Shown here: positions 1 through 9,981 of the stretch, piece by piece
Position numbering within the stretch: position 1 is the first letter of the stretch
Layout of the letters: each line of letters opens with the position of its first letter
Assembly: GCA_963700145.1 (NCBI GenBank)
Contig: OY969474.1
Span: 4,160,001-4,224,000, forward strand
Reading direction: 5' to 3'
Source: an uncultured Acidobacteriota bacterium
GTDB taxonomy: Bacteria; Acidobacteriota; Thermoanaerobaculia; Multivoradales; UBA5704
Length of the DNA: 64,000 nucleotides
Notes under the pieces: model-generated
Databases searched by the model: none
What the model was told of the DNA's origin: nothing
Seen by the model: the letters and a program-made list of their open reading frames with translations, nothing else
Position numbers and translations under genes: made by a program

Positions 1-2
1 AC

Positions 3-1397
<1,395 letters not shown>

Positions 1398-1406
1398 GAG
1401 CCGACG

Positions 1407-2600
1407 ATGGAGTTCCTTCGCGATACCAACTACGACTTCATGAAGTACCGGAAGTTCTGGGTGTGGGTCTCCCTGCTCCTGGTGGCGTTCGGCATCTTCT
1501 CGATCTTCGTCCACGGCCAGCTGAACATCGGCATCGACTTCGCCGGCGGCACCCAGATCACCCTGAAGTTCCGCCAGCGCCCCGACGTCGACCGCCTGCG
1601 CACGGTGCTGGCGACGACCGGCCTGGGCGAGGTGCAGGTCCAGAGCTTCGGCGAGGAGGCGGACAACACAGTCATCCTCAAGACCCCGATCCTCCAGGGG
1701 ACCGAGGAGGGGAGCCGCGAGCGAGTGGTGGCCGCCCTGACTCGCGAGTTCAGCCCGGACGCGGCGGGCAAGCCCGATCTCAACGCCATCGGCGTCGAGC
1801 GGCTCACCCAGCTCCTCGCCGCGCGCAACCCCGACGGCGTTCCGGCCGGGACGGCGCGGGCGCACTACGCGGGGGTGGCGCGGCAGATCATCGAGGCGCG
1901 CCGCGAGGGCGGCCTCTTCGCCTCCTGGGAGGAGGTGGCGCGCATCCCCGGCGTCTCGCCGCGCGCCGCCGCGGCGCTGCGCGAGGCCGCGGCGCTCGGC
2001 GACTTCGCGGTCCTGGGGGTCGAGAACGTCGGGCCGCAGATCGGCGAGGAGCTGCGCCAGAAGGGGTTCCTGGCGGTCGCCCTCTCGCTGCTCGGCATGC
2101 TGGTCTACATCTGGTTCCGCTTCGAGCTCCGCTTCGGGGTCGGGGCGATGATGGGCTGCATCCACGACGTGCTGGTGACCCTCGGCCTCTACGCCCTGGC
2201 CGGCTTCGAGTTCAACCTGACGACGATCGCCGCCTTCCTGACCCTCGTCGGCTACTCGGTCAACGACACGGTCGTCATCTTCGACCGCATCCGCGAGAAC
2301 ATGCGGAAGAACCGCCGCGAGCCGATGATCCAGACCATGAACCGGAGCATCAACGAGACCCTGTCGCGGACGATCCTGACCGGCGGCTCGACGCTGCTCG
2401 CCGTGGGCTCGCTGCTCATCTGGGGGGGCGACGTCATCCGCGGCTTCGCCTTCGTCATGTTCGTCGGCATCCTGGTCGGGACCTACTCCTCGATCTACGT
2501 CGCCAGCCCCTTCGCGCTGCTCTGGGACCAGCTCTTCGGCGGCGAGAAGCGCAACCGCCGCGCCTCGCAGCCGCCGCGCGACCGCCGCGCGGCCCTATAA
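1407..2600 (+). CDS. secF: Protein translocase subunit SecF with an inserted HhH-like periplasmic domain
   Basis: GIDFAGGT, VGPQIG, GYSVNDTVVIFDRIREN, GTYSSIYVA; SD AGGAG upstream; follows secD. Confidence 0.97.
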   Translation: MEFLRDTNYDFMKYRKFWVWVSLLLVAFGIFSIFVHGQLNIGIDFAGGTQITLKFRQRPDVDRLRTVLATTGLGEVQVQSFGEEADNTVILKTPILQGTEEGSRERVVAALTREFSPDAAGKPDLNAIGVERLTQLLAARNPDGVPAGTARAHYAGVARQIIEARREGGLFASWEEVARIPGVSPRAAAALREAAALGDFAVLGVENVGPQIGEELRQKGFLAVALSLLGMLVYIWFRFELRFGVGAMMGCIHDVLVTLGLYALAGFEFNLTTIAAFLTLVGYSVNDTVVIFDRIRENMRKNRREPMIQTMNRSINETLSRTILTGGSTLLAVGSLLIWGGDVIRGFAFVMFVGILVGTYSSIYVASPFALLWDQLFGGEKRNRRASQPPRDRRAAL

Positions 2601-2640
2601 TCGGGCCTCCCCCGCCGAGGGCCTCCCGCCGGGGGGCCCG
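2596..2640 (+). promoter_or_regulatory. Perfect -10 box (TATAAT) followed by a GC-rich hairpin directly before rel
   Basis: TATAAT at 2596-2601 overlaps the secF stop; stem CGGGCCtCCCCCG...CGGGGGGCCCG spans 2602-2640; ATG at 2643. Confidence 0.45.
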
Positions 2641-2642
2641 CC

Positions 2643-4898
2643 ATGGCCGCCGGCAAGAACCTCGCGACGAAGAGCGTCCCCCCGCCGGTGCAGCCGCGCC
2701 CGCGCGTCCGCTTCGAGGACGTGCTCACCCGGCTCGAGGCCAACGAGCGGCAGGTGGACATCCCCTTCCTGCGCGCCGTTCACGACTTCTCGGCGGAGAT
2801 GCACAAGGACCAGCTGCGGCAGTCCGGCGAGCCCTACCTGACCCACCCCCTGCAGGTCGCCTTCCTCCTCGCCGACCTCAAGTTCGACCAGATCTGCGTC
2901 GCCGTCGGGCTCCTCCACGACGTTCTGGAGGACACGCTCACCACCCGCGAGGTGCTGGAGTCCACCTTCGGGCCTGAGCTCACCGAGCTGGTCGACGGGG
3001 TGACCAAGATCGGCCGCCACGCCTACGTGCGGCACGACGAGGCGCAGGCCGAGACCTTCCGCAAGATGATCCTGGCCTCGGCCAAGGACATCCGGGTGAT
3101 CGTCGTCAAGCTCGCCGACCGCCTGCACAACATGCAGACGCTCCACCACCTCTCACCCGAGGCGCGGCGGCGGATCTCCCGCGAGACGCTCGAGATCTAC
3201 GCCCCCATCGCCCACCGCCTGGGGATGGCGCGGGTCAAGGGGGACCTCGAGGACCTCGCCTTCTACCACCTCTACCCGCACCAGTTCGCCGAGCTGCACA
3301 GCAAGATCGCCGAGAAGCTCAAGCTCGGCCAGCAGGCCACCCAGCGCATCCGCGACAAGCTGGCCGAGACCCTGGGCAAGAACGGCATCGAGGCCGAGAT
3401 CAGCTTCCGCGTCAAGCGCTACTACTCGATCTACGAGAAGCTGCGGCGGCAGGGCATCGACATCTCGCAGCTCTACGACTACCTCGCCTTCCGCATCGTC
3501 ACCCCGAGCCTCAAGGACACGTACGCGGCGCTCGGCATCGTGCACGGCGGCTGGCGCCCCATCCCCGGGCGCTTCAAGGACTACATCGCGATGCCCAAGC
3601 CGAACCTCTACCAGTCGCTGCACACGACGGTGGTGGACGAGCGCGGGCAGCCCTTCGAGGTGCAGATCCGCACCCTCGAGATGGACCTCTTCGCCGAGGA
3701 GGGGATCGCCGCCCACTGGCGCTACAAGGAGGGGAAGGTCGAGCCCGCCGAGAGCGACCCCAACATCCTCTGGCTGCGCCAGCTTCTGGAGTGGCAGAAG
3801 GAGGTGCAGGACCCGCGCACCTTCCTGGCGACTCTCAAGATCGACCTCTACCCCGACGAGGTCTACGCCTTCACCCCCAAGGGGGAGGTGCTCTCCTTCC
3901 CCCGCGGCGCCACCCCGCTCGACTTCGCCTACAAGGTGCACACCGAGCTCGGGCACCACTGCGCCGGGGCGCGGGTCAACGGGAAGCTGGTGCCGCTGCG
4001 CACCCCGCTGTCGAACGGCGACTTGGTGGAGATCATCACCAACCCCTCCCGCAATCCCTCCCGCGACTGGCTCAACTTCGTCGCCACCTCGCGCGCCAAG
4101 AGCAAGATCCGGCAGTGGCTCAACACCCAGCAGAAGGAGGGGGCGGTCGAGATCGGGCGGCGGGTCTTCGAGAAGGAGCTCAAGAAGTACGGCTTGAGCC
4201 CGCGCCGGGTGCTGGACACCCCGGAGATGACCAAGTACCTCAAAGACGAGGGCTTGAGCCGGCTGGACGACCTCTACGGGCGGCTCGGCTTCGGCAAGCT
4301 GGAGCCGCGGCAGGTGCTGGCGCGGGTGGTGGGGGAGGAGCGGCTGGGGGAGCCGTCCGAGGCGCCGAAGCCGGGGCTGCTGCGGCAGGCGGTGTCGCGC
4401 ATCCTCCCCTTCGGCGGCGACGGTCCGATCACGGTCAAGGGGCAGGGGGACATGCTGGCCTACCTCGCCAAGTGCTGCAACCCGCTGCCGGGCGAGGAGA
4501 TCGTCGGCTACGTCACCCGCGGCCGCGGCGTCTCGGTGCACTCGCTCGACTGCCGCAACGTCAAGAACCTGCTCTACAACCCGGAGCGCGAGATCGAGGT
4601 GCAGTGGGCGAAGCAGAAGGACGACGTCTACCAGATCGCCCTGACCATCGAGACCGCCGACCAGCCGGGGATGCTCGCCCGCCTCACCGAGGCCATCGCC
4701 AAGGCCGACAGCAACATCACCCAGATCGAAGCCGACACCCGCGAGACCGGCGGCCGCGGCCTGATCCAAGTCGTCGTCGAGCTGCGCAACCGCAAGCACC
4801 TCGACAAGCTCATCCGCGAGCTCCGCGCCGTCGCCGGCGTCCTCCGCGTCGACCGCCGAATGACCGGCGGCACGACGCGGGCGGAGGCGTTCAACTAG
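2643..4898 (+). CDS. rel: Bifunctional (p)ppGpp synthetase/hydrolase (long RSH: HD, synthetase, TGS, ACT)
   Basis: Intact HDVLED hydrolase motif, VKLADRLHNM, RFKDY, YQSLHTT, EVQIRT, AAHWRYK, TGS (FTPKG...DFAY), CCNPLPG, ACT DQPGML. Confidence 0.97.
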   Translation: MAAGKNLATKSVPPPVQPRPRVRFEDVLTRLEANERQVDIPFLRAVHDFSAEMHKDQLRQSGEPYLTHPLQVAFLLADLKFDQICVAVGLLHDVLEDTLTTREVLESTFGPELTELVDGVTKIGRHAYVRHDEAQAETFRKMILASAKDIRVIVVKLADRLHNMQTLHHLSPEARRRISRETLEIYAPIAHRLGMARVKGDLEDLAFYHLYPHQFAELHSKIAEKLKLGQQATQRIRDKLAETLGKNGIEAEISFRVKRYYSIYEKLRRQGIDISQLYDYLAFRIVTPSLKDTYAALGIVHGGWRPIPGRFKDYIAMPKPNLYQSLHTTVVDERGQPFEVQIRTLEMDLFAEEGIAAHWRYKEGKVEPAESDPNILWLRQLLEWQKEVQDPRTFLATLKIDLYPDEVYAFTPKGEVLSFPRGATPLDFAYKVHTELGHHCAGARVNGKLVPLRTPLSNGDLVEIITNPSRNPSRDWLNFVATSRAKSKIRQWLNTQQKEGAVEIGRRVFEKELKKYGLSPRRVLDTPEMTKYLKDEGLSRLDDLYGRLGFGKLEPRQVLARVVGEERLGEPSEAPKPGLLRQAVSRILPFGGDGPITVKGQGDMLAYLAKCCNPLPGEEIVGYVTRGRGVSVHSLDCRNVKNLLYNPEREIEVQWAKQKDDVYQIALTIETADQPGMLARLTEAIAKADSNITQIEADTRETGGRGLIQVVVELRNRKHLDKLIRELRAVAGVLRVDRRMTGGTTRAEAFN

Positions 4899-4961
4899 GA
4901 GGGCCGCCTCCTTCCGACTAGTCAGTTCGTCCTTATCTGTTGGCACGCAAGGGGGGTAAGT

Positions 4962-5447
4962 GTGGCGATCCTTTTGACGGTTCTGATGGCTGTGGCGGCG
5001 CAAGCTCAGTCGGGTGTTCAGGTGGACAAGCCGCCGGCGGATGAGAGTCGCGTGGAGTCGCCGGCGCGCCTGACGACCCGCCTCGGCGATCTTTCCGGCC
5101 AAGGGGACTTTTGGCAGACGCGAGAGTTCGGCGCGATCTCGGTCGATGGCGTGCGCATGATGCCGATCCAGATTTGGGAGAAGTCGGACCGGAAGGGAGT
5201 TCGCCTGCGGCTCCGCGCCTACGCCACGCTCGATCCGGGCGAGGACAAGGACGTGCACCTACGGTGGGAGTTCATGGAGGATGAGGAGGTGGTGGTGGAC
5301 TTCCGTTCGCCGGAATACATCGGGGCTCCGCAAGGCGAAGTAGATTGGGAGGAGTATGAGCTGCGGATGACGCGTGAGCAGTTCGAGCGCGTCTTCGGCG
5401 GCAAGGGCAAGCTCCGGTTGACGGTCGACGTCAGGCCAGAGGCGTAA
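4962..5447 (+). CDS. Hypothetical secreted protein
   Basis: Signal-peptide-like N-terminus (MAILLTVLMAVAAQA), G-rich SD upstream, more A/T-ending codons than the backbone genes. Confidence 0.6.
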   Translation: MAILLTVLMAVAAQAQSGVQVDKPPADESRVESPARLTTRLGDLSGQGDFWQTREFGAISVDGVRMMPIQIWEKSDRKGVRLRLRAYATLDPGEDKDVHLRWEFMEDEEVVVDFRSPEYIGAPQGEVDWEEYELRMTREQFERVFGGKGKLRLTVDVRPEA

Positions 5448-5476
5448 TCACTACCAGGCCGCGAGCTGGGCCTGCC

Positions 5477-5875
5477 TTACCCGTCCCTGGAGTTCCACTC
5501 CAAGCAGGACAGGCCCGCGACACGCCGGAACTCGCGGGCGTTCGCAGTGATCAAGGTCGCCCCCAGGCGGCGGGCGTGGGCGGCGATGAGGAGGTCGAGC
5601 GGACCGATGACGAGGCCCCTCTTCTCGAGATCGACGCGCAGCTCGCCGTAGTGGCCGGCGCTCTCGATATCCCAGGGGGCGACCTCGAAGAGCTCGGTGA
5701 AGGCGTCGACGGCCTTCCGCTGCACGGCGGGACGGGCGGAGCGCCGGATGCCGACCTCGAGCTCCGCCAAGGTGATCACGGAGAGCACGCAGTCCGAGGC
5801 TTCCGGCAGGGGAGTGCTCGGGCTGCGGCCGCGTAGCAGCTCCACGCAGACCGAAGTCTCCAGCATGAAGCGCAC
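5477..5875 (-). CDS. vapC: VapC-family PIN-domain toxin
   Basis: MLETSVC (for LDT), SVITLAEL, IGPLDLLIAAHA, LITANAREF...W; downstream of an AbrB-type antitoxin. Confidence 0.92.
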   Translation of the reverse strand: MRFMLETSVCVELLRGRSPSTPLPEASDCVLSVITLAELEVGIRRSARPAVQRKAVDAFTELFEVAPWDIESAGHYGELRVDLEKRGLVIGPLDLLIAAHARRLGATLITANAREFRRVAGLSCLEWNSRDG

Positions 5876-5883
5876 GTCGGCCC

Positions 5884-6138
5884 TTAGTCGAGCTTCAGGT
5901 CCCGGACCTGCGGCTCGAGCGGCTGCTCGCGGTCGGGGAAGTCCGCCGCCTCGGGGAAGTTCTCGCGCATGAACCGGGCGACATCCGCGAGCGTCTTGAG
6001 CCGCGGCTTCGGCTTCGGCCGCAAGACCACCTCGCCGCCGCGCCGTTCGATTTCCACTTCCGAGCCCTCGAAGCGGAACTCCTTGGGCAGCCGCACCGCT
6101 TGGCTGCCGCCATGCTGAAAGAGCTTCGCCGTAGCCAT
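5884..6138 (-). CDS. vapB: VapB/VagC AbrB-type antitoxin
   Basis: MATAKLFQHGGSQAVRLPKEFRF signature; true start is ATG 6138. Confidence 0.93.
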   Translation of the reverse strand: MATAKLFQHGGSQAVRLPKEFRFEGSEVEIERRGGEVVLRPKPKPRLKTLADVARFMRENFPEAADFPDREQPLEPQVRDLKLD

Positions 6139-6173
6139 ATCTACAGTCTGTAGATACGGAACTCGACTGTCAA
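6138..6173 (-). promoter_or_regulatory. vapBC promoter with palindromic operator
   Basis: TTGACA (6173-6168), 17 bp, CAGACT (6150-6145), 6 bp, ATG. Perfect inverted repeat TATCTACAG-T-CTGTAGATA at 6138-6156 overlaps the -10. Confidence 0.75.
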
Positions 6174-6360
6174 CCACCTCTTGAGAGGACACAGAGAGCG
6201 GGGCCTCATCCCTTCAGCGCGGGGCCGACAGTTCTTCAGGCGGTCGCCGGGCGGTTCGTTGGGCCGGCTGAGTCCTTCGTTGGGCCTTCCGGGCTTGGGC
6301 AGGAGTCCGGGACCCAGCGAATCCACCGCGGCTATGCGGGCGCGGAGCGCTGCTTGCCGC

Positions 6361-6392
6361 TGCGAGCCAGTATTTATGCGAGCCAGTATTTA
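6361..6392. repeat. 16-bp perfect tandem duplication
   Basis: TGCGAGCCAGTATTTA x2. Confidence 0.9.
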
Positions 6393-6647
6393 GAGGACGG
6401 CGGTGGCGAAGCGGACCGAGAGCCTGCGTTGTGCCTTCGCCCAGGCCGAGGCCGCGTTGCGCGGTGCTCAGCGATCGCCTGCTCGCCGCCCTGCCGAATT
6501 GGCGCGTCAGCGGCGTCCAGATCGCCGCCGGCACCGTGACCCTCACCCTCACCCTCACCACCGCCAAGACCGCCCGCGCCCTGACTCCGGAGGAGCTGGA
6601 GCTCGCGGCGGAGCTGGAGAAGGTCGCGTAACGCCCGCCGGAAGCCC

Positions 6648-6962
6648 GGGAATGTCCCTGCGCGACCTTCAGACGCCCCGGTGGAGCCTCCCAATGTCCT
6701 CCCGGGACCTCGGAACCTCCTGCGCGCTCTCCGGAACCTCCTGCGCGGCGCCGGGAATCGATTGCGCGACGCCGGGAACTGGTTGCGCGCGCTGCGGAAC
6801 CTCCTCCGAGCCGCTCGGAAAGGATTCCCGGCGCTCCGCAACCTGTTCCCCGGCCCCCGCAACACATTCCCGGGCCCACGCAACCCATTCCCACGCTCCG
6901 GGAAAGGGTTCCGAAGCCGCCGGAGGACGTTCCACGCCTCCTGGAGGCCATTGGGCGCCGCT
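6648..6962. repeat. Degenerate 21-bp tandem array (about 15 units)
   Basis: Units in 21-bp register from 6711: cggaacctcctgcgcgctctc / cggaacctcctgcgcggcgcc / gggaatcgattgcgcgacgcc / gggaactggttgcgcgcgctg / cggaacctcctccgagccgct ... Confidence 0.85.
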
Positions 6963-7019
6963 CGGCGAGCGTCGCGGGTCATCCCGAGGCTCGCGGGCGT
7001 TATCCCCCCGGGAGTGCGG

Positions 7020-7054
7020 AAACAAAAACGCCCGGCGCGGAGGCCGGGCGTACG
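7020..7054 (-). terminator. Intrinsic terminator of rpmB (REP-related hairpin)
   Basis: Minus strand: ACGCCCGGC-ctccgc-GCCGGGCGT followed by TTTTGTTT. Confidence 0.8.
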
Positions 7055-7075
7055 GGTTTGCTCCTGTCGTCGAGG

Positions 7076-7306
7076 CTACGAGCCTGCCGCCCCCTCCTCG
7101 GGGGTCCAGCGGCGGACCGGGGCCTTCTGGACCTTGCCGCTGCGCAGGCACCGGGTGCAGACCCGCACCCGGCGGACGGTGCCGTCGATGATCGCGCGCA
7201 CCCGCTGGAGGTTGGGCTCCCAGGTGCGGGAGGTGACGTTGTGGGCGTGGCTGATGTTGCGGCCGGTAACCGTTCCCTTGCCGCAGATGTCGCACTGTTT
7301 GGCCAT
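7076..7306 (-). CDS. rpmB: 50S ribosomal protein L28 (zinc-binding form)
   Basis: MAKQCDICGK...GRNISHAHN...WEPNLQ...VCTRCLRSGKV, 76 aa; true start ATG 7306. Confidence 0.97.
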   Translation of the reverse strand: MAKQCDICGKGTVTGRNISHAHNVTSRTWEPNLQRVRAIIDGTVRRVRVCTRCLRSGKVQKAPVRRWTPEEGAAGS

Positions 7307-7492
7307 GACCTGACTCTCCTGAAGCGCCCGCGAGGGGACGCGGCAAGATAGCAGATCGGCCCCGCTCCCCGCAACCGCGGCGCGGCGCCGCCCGTCACTT
7401 CGCAAGGACTTGACGCCAAAAGCCTTTCTCGCCCCAGGAGCGTGAGGTAGAGTGCGCGCCAGCGAACAAATAGCCATAGATGCATTCGCGTC

Positions 7493-7521
7493 TTGACACC
7501 GGTAGGTGTTGCTGCTAGCTT
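7493..7521 (+). promoter_or_regulatory. Sigma70-type promoter of the pilM operon
   Basis: TTGACA, 17 bp, TAGCTT with a TG extended -10, in an AT-richer intergenic region. Confidence 0.6.
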
Positions 7522-7594
7522 CCAGCGAAGCTTTAAGCAGCCACACCTAAGTTACGTTGAACACTGGCCTTTCCGGGGGAGCCATCGAGGAATC

Positions 7595-8653
7595 GTGCTG
7601 TTCTCCAGGCCCAAGGGCGTTGTCGGACTGGACATCGGCAGCTCGGCCGTCAAGCTGGTCGAGCTGAAGGAGCGCCGGCCGAACGAGTTCCACCTCCAGC
7701 GCCTCGGGGTCGAGCCGCTCTCCCCGGAGGCCATCGTCGACGGCTCGATCATGGACTCCTCCCTGGTCGTCGACGCCATCCACAAGCTCAACGACCACAC
7801 CAAGGTCAAGGGGACGCAGTACGCCACCTCCCTCTCCGGCCACTCGGTCATCATCAAGAAGATCCAGCTCCCGGCCGTCACCCCCGAGGAGCTCGCCGAG
7901 TCGATCCAGTGGGAGGCCGAGCAGTACATCCCCTTCGACATCAACGACGTCCGCCTCGACTACGTGGTCCTCTCCGAGGGCGAGCCGGGGCGCGACACCA
8001 TGGAGGTCCTCCTCGTCGCGGTCAAGCGCGACAAGGTCAACGACTACGTCTCGGTGATCAGCCAGACCGGCAAGAGCCCGGCCCTCGTCGACGTCGACGC
8101 CTTCGCCGTCCAGAACGCCTACGAGGTCAACTACGACCTCGACCCGCGCAAGGTGGTGGCGCTGATCAACACCGGCGCCTCGGTCACCAACATCAACATC
8201 CTGGCCCGCGGCTCGACCGTCTTCTGGCGCGACATCTCCTTCGGCGGCAACCAGTTCACCGAGGCCCTGCAGCGCGAGTTCAACCTCTCTTTCGACCAGG
8301 CCGAGGCGCTCAAGCGCGGCCAGCAGGTGGACCGCTACGGCGCCGGCGAGGCGCGCCCGGTCCTCGACACGGTCTCGAGCGAGCTGGCGGGCGAGATCCG
8401 CAAGACCTTCGACTTCTTCTCCGCCACCTCGTCGGAGGGGCCGGTCGACGAGCTGGTGGTCTCCGGCGGCTGCGCCCTGACCCCGAACCTGCTGCAGGTG
8501 CTGCGCGAGCGCTTCGAGGTGCCGACCGAGGTGATGAACCCCCTCAAGCGGATCCACTTCCGCGACAGCGACTTCGACGGCCAGTGGCTGCAGTCGGTGG
8601 CGCCGATGATGGCGGTGGCGGTGGGGCTGGGCATCCGCAAGGTCGGCGACTAA
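7595..8653 (+). CDS. pilM: Type IV pilus assembly protein PilM
   Basis: VGLDIGSSAVKLVEL, WEAEQYIPF, GGNQFTE, VSGGCA, AVAVGLG; GTG start after GAGG. Confidence 0.95.
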   Translation: MLFSRPKGVVGLDIGSSAVKLVELKERRPNEFHLQRLGVEPLSPEAIVDGSIMDSSLVVDAIHKLNDHTKVKGTQYATSLSGHSVIIKKIQLPAVTPEELAESIQWEAEQYIPFDINDVRLDYVVLSEGEPGRDTMEVLLVAVKRDKVNDYVSVISQTGKSPALVDVDAFAVQNAYEVNYDLDPRKVVALINTGASVTNINILARGSTVFWRDISFGGNQFTEALQREFNLSFDQAEALKRGQQVDRYGAGEARPVLDTVSSELAGEIRKTFDFFSATSSEGPVDELVVSGGCALTPNLLQVLRERFEVPTEVMNPLKRIHFRDSDFDGQWLQSVAPMMAVAVGLGIRKVGD

Positions 8654-9301
8654 GTGGTCAAGATCAACCTCCTCGCCGAGGGCAAGCGCGCCGCGGTCCG
8701 CAAGGCGCGCCCGACGGCCCTGCTCGAAGGGCGGGACGTCGGCACCTACATGCTGGTCGGCGGCCTGCTGGTCGGCCTGCTCGCGGCGCTCGTCTGGTGG
8801 TGGATGCTCGACAACCGGATCGAGACCCAGCAGGAGCAGATCGCGGCCGCCGAGGCCGAGTGGAAACGGCTGGAGTCGATCAGCAAGGAGGTCGAGGGGT
8901 ACAAGACGGACAAGGCCGAGCTGGAGCGCAAGATCGGCGTCATCAAGGACCTCAAGCTGGCGCAGCGCGGGCCGGTGCGGGTCCTCGACCACATCTCGCG
9001 CTCCCTGCCCGAGCTGCTCTGGCTCGACCGCATGCACATGACCCTCGACACGATCGAGCTCGAAGGGCGGGCGCTCAACACCAACGCCGTCGCCAACTTC
9101 ATCGAGAACCTCGACCGGGTGCCGGAGTTCGAGGAGCCGACGCTGCAGGAGGCCATCGAGCAGACCGGCGGCGTCTACAAGTTCAACCTCAACCTGCGCT
9201 ACTCCTTCACGCCGCCGCCGGCGCTCGCCGGCACGGCCGCCCCCGGGACCCCTCCCGCCGTCCCCGCCGGCGCGGCCGCCCCCGGCGCCGGGGCGAGCTA
9301 G
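8654..9301 (+). CDS. pilN: Type IV pilus assembly protein PilN
   Basis: KINLL motif, TM helix, coiled coil, LPELLWL. Confidence 0.92.
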   Translation: MVKINLLAEGKRAAVRKARPTALLEGRDVGTYMLVGGLLVGLLAALVWWWMLDNRIETQQEQIAAAEAEWKRLESISKEVEGYKTDKAELERKIGVIKDLKLAQRGPVRVLDHISRSLPELLWLDRMHMTLDTIELEGRALNTNAVANFIENLDRVPEFEEPTLQEAIEQTGGVYKFNLNLRYSFTPPPALAGTAAPGTPPAVPAGAAAPGAGAS

Positions 9302-9313
9302 GAAGCCGGCGCG

Positions 9314-9973
9314 ATGGCTCTCAAGACCGGCCTCGAGGGGAAGCCCTGGTACTACGCCCTGGCCGTCGGGCTGATCACCGGCGGCCTGCTGCTCGGCGGC
9401 GTCTACTTCCTCAAGCTGAGCAAGATGAAGGACGAGATCGCGGCGCAGGAGGCGACGCTCACCGACCTGCAGAACCGCATCCAGGAGGCGCAGGCGGCCG
9501 AGCGCGACCTGCCCAAGTTCCGCGAGGAGGTGCGGCGGCTGCAGCTCGAGCTCGACAAGCTGCTGCGCATCCTGCCGACCCGGCGCAACACCCCCGACCT
9601 GCTGCGGAAGATCCGCTCGCTCACCGAGCAGGGCAACTTCACCCTCAAGCGCTTCACCCCGGCGCAGCTCAGCGACCGCGACTTCTACAGCGAGTGGCCG
9701 ATCCAGGTGGGAGTGGACGGCACCTACCACAACCTGGCGCTGTTCTTCGACAAGATCGGCCGCTTCTCGCGCATCATCAACATCGAGGACCTCAAGGTCG
9801 CCGCCCACCCCAGCCAGGCGCGCCTCTCCCAAGTCGAGGGGGGGCACACGATCACCGCCGAGTTCCAGGCCAAGACCTTCGTCTACAAAGAGCCCGCGCC
9901 GGTGACGGCGGAGGCGCCGGCGCCGGGCTCGCCGGCCGCCGCCGCTCTCGCCGCTCCGCCCGACGCCCAGTGA
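9314..9973 (+). CDS. pilO: Type IV pilus assembly protein PilO
   Basis: TM plus coiled coil, LP, FYSEWPI, GTYHNLALFFDKIGRFSRIIN. Confidence 0.92.
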   Translation: MALKTGLEGKPWYYALAVGLITGGLLLGGVYFLKLSKMKDEIAAQEATLTDLQNRIQEAQAAERDLPKFREEVRRLQLELDKLLRILPTRRNTPDLLRKIRSLTEQGNFTLKRFTPAQLSDRDFYSEWPIQVGVDGTYHNLALFFDKIGRFSRIINIEDLKVAAHPSQARLSQVEGGHTITAEFQAKTFVYKEPAPVTAEAPAPGSPAAAALAAPPDAQ

Positions 9974-9981
9974 GGAAGACC

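Noticed and set aside
6648-6962. Real protein-coding heptad ORFs (6374..6982, 6681..7313, 6669..7346)
   Set aside because: Several frames on both strands are equally open, there is no convincing start or SD, and some overlap rpmB; reported as a repeat instead.
7547-9847. Long antisense or alternative-frame ORFs here and elsewhere (e.g. 3153..5258, 21213..24521, 40053..42752, 55866..59489)
   Set aside because: Shadow ORFs of high-GC genes: Arg/Pro/Gly-rich or mirror frames overlapping well-supported genes.
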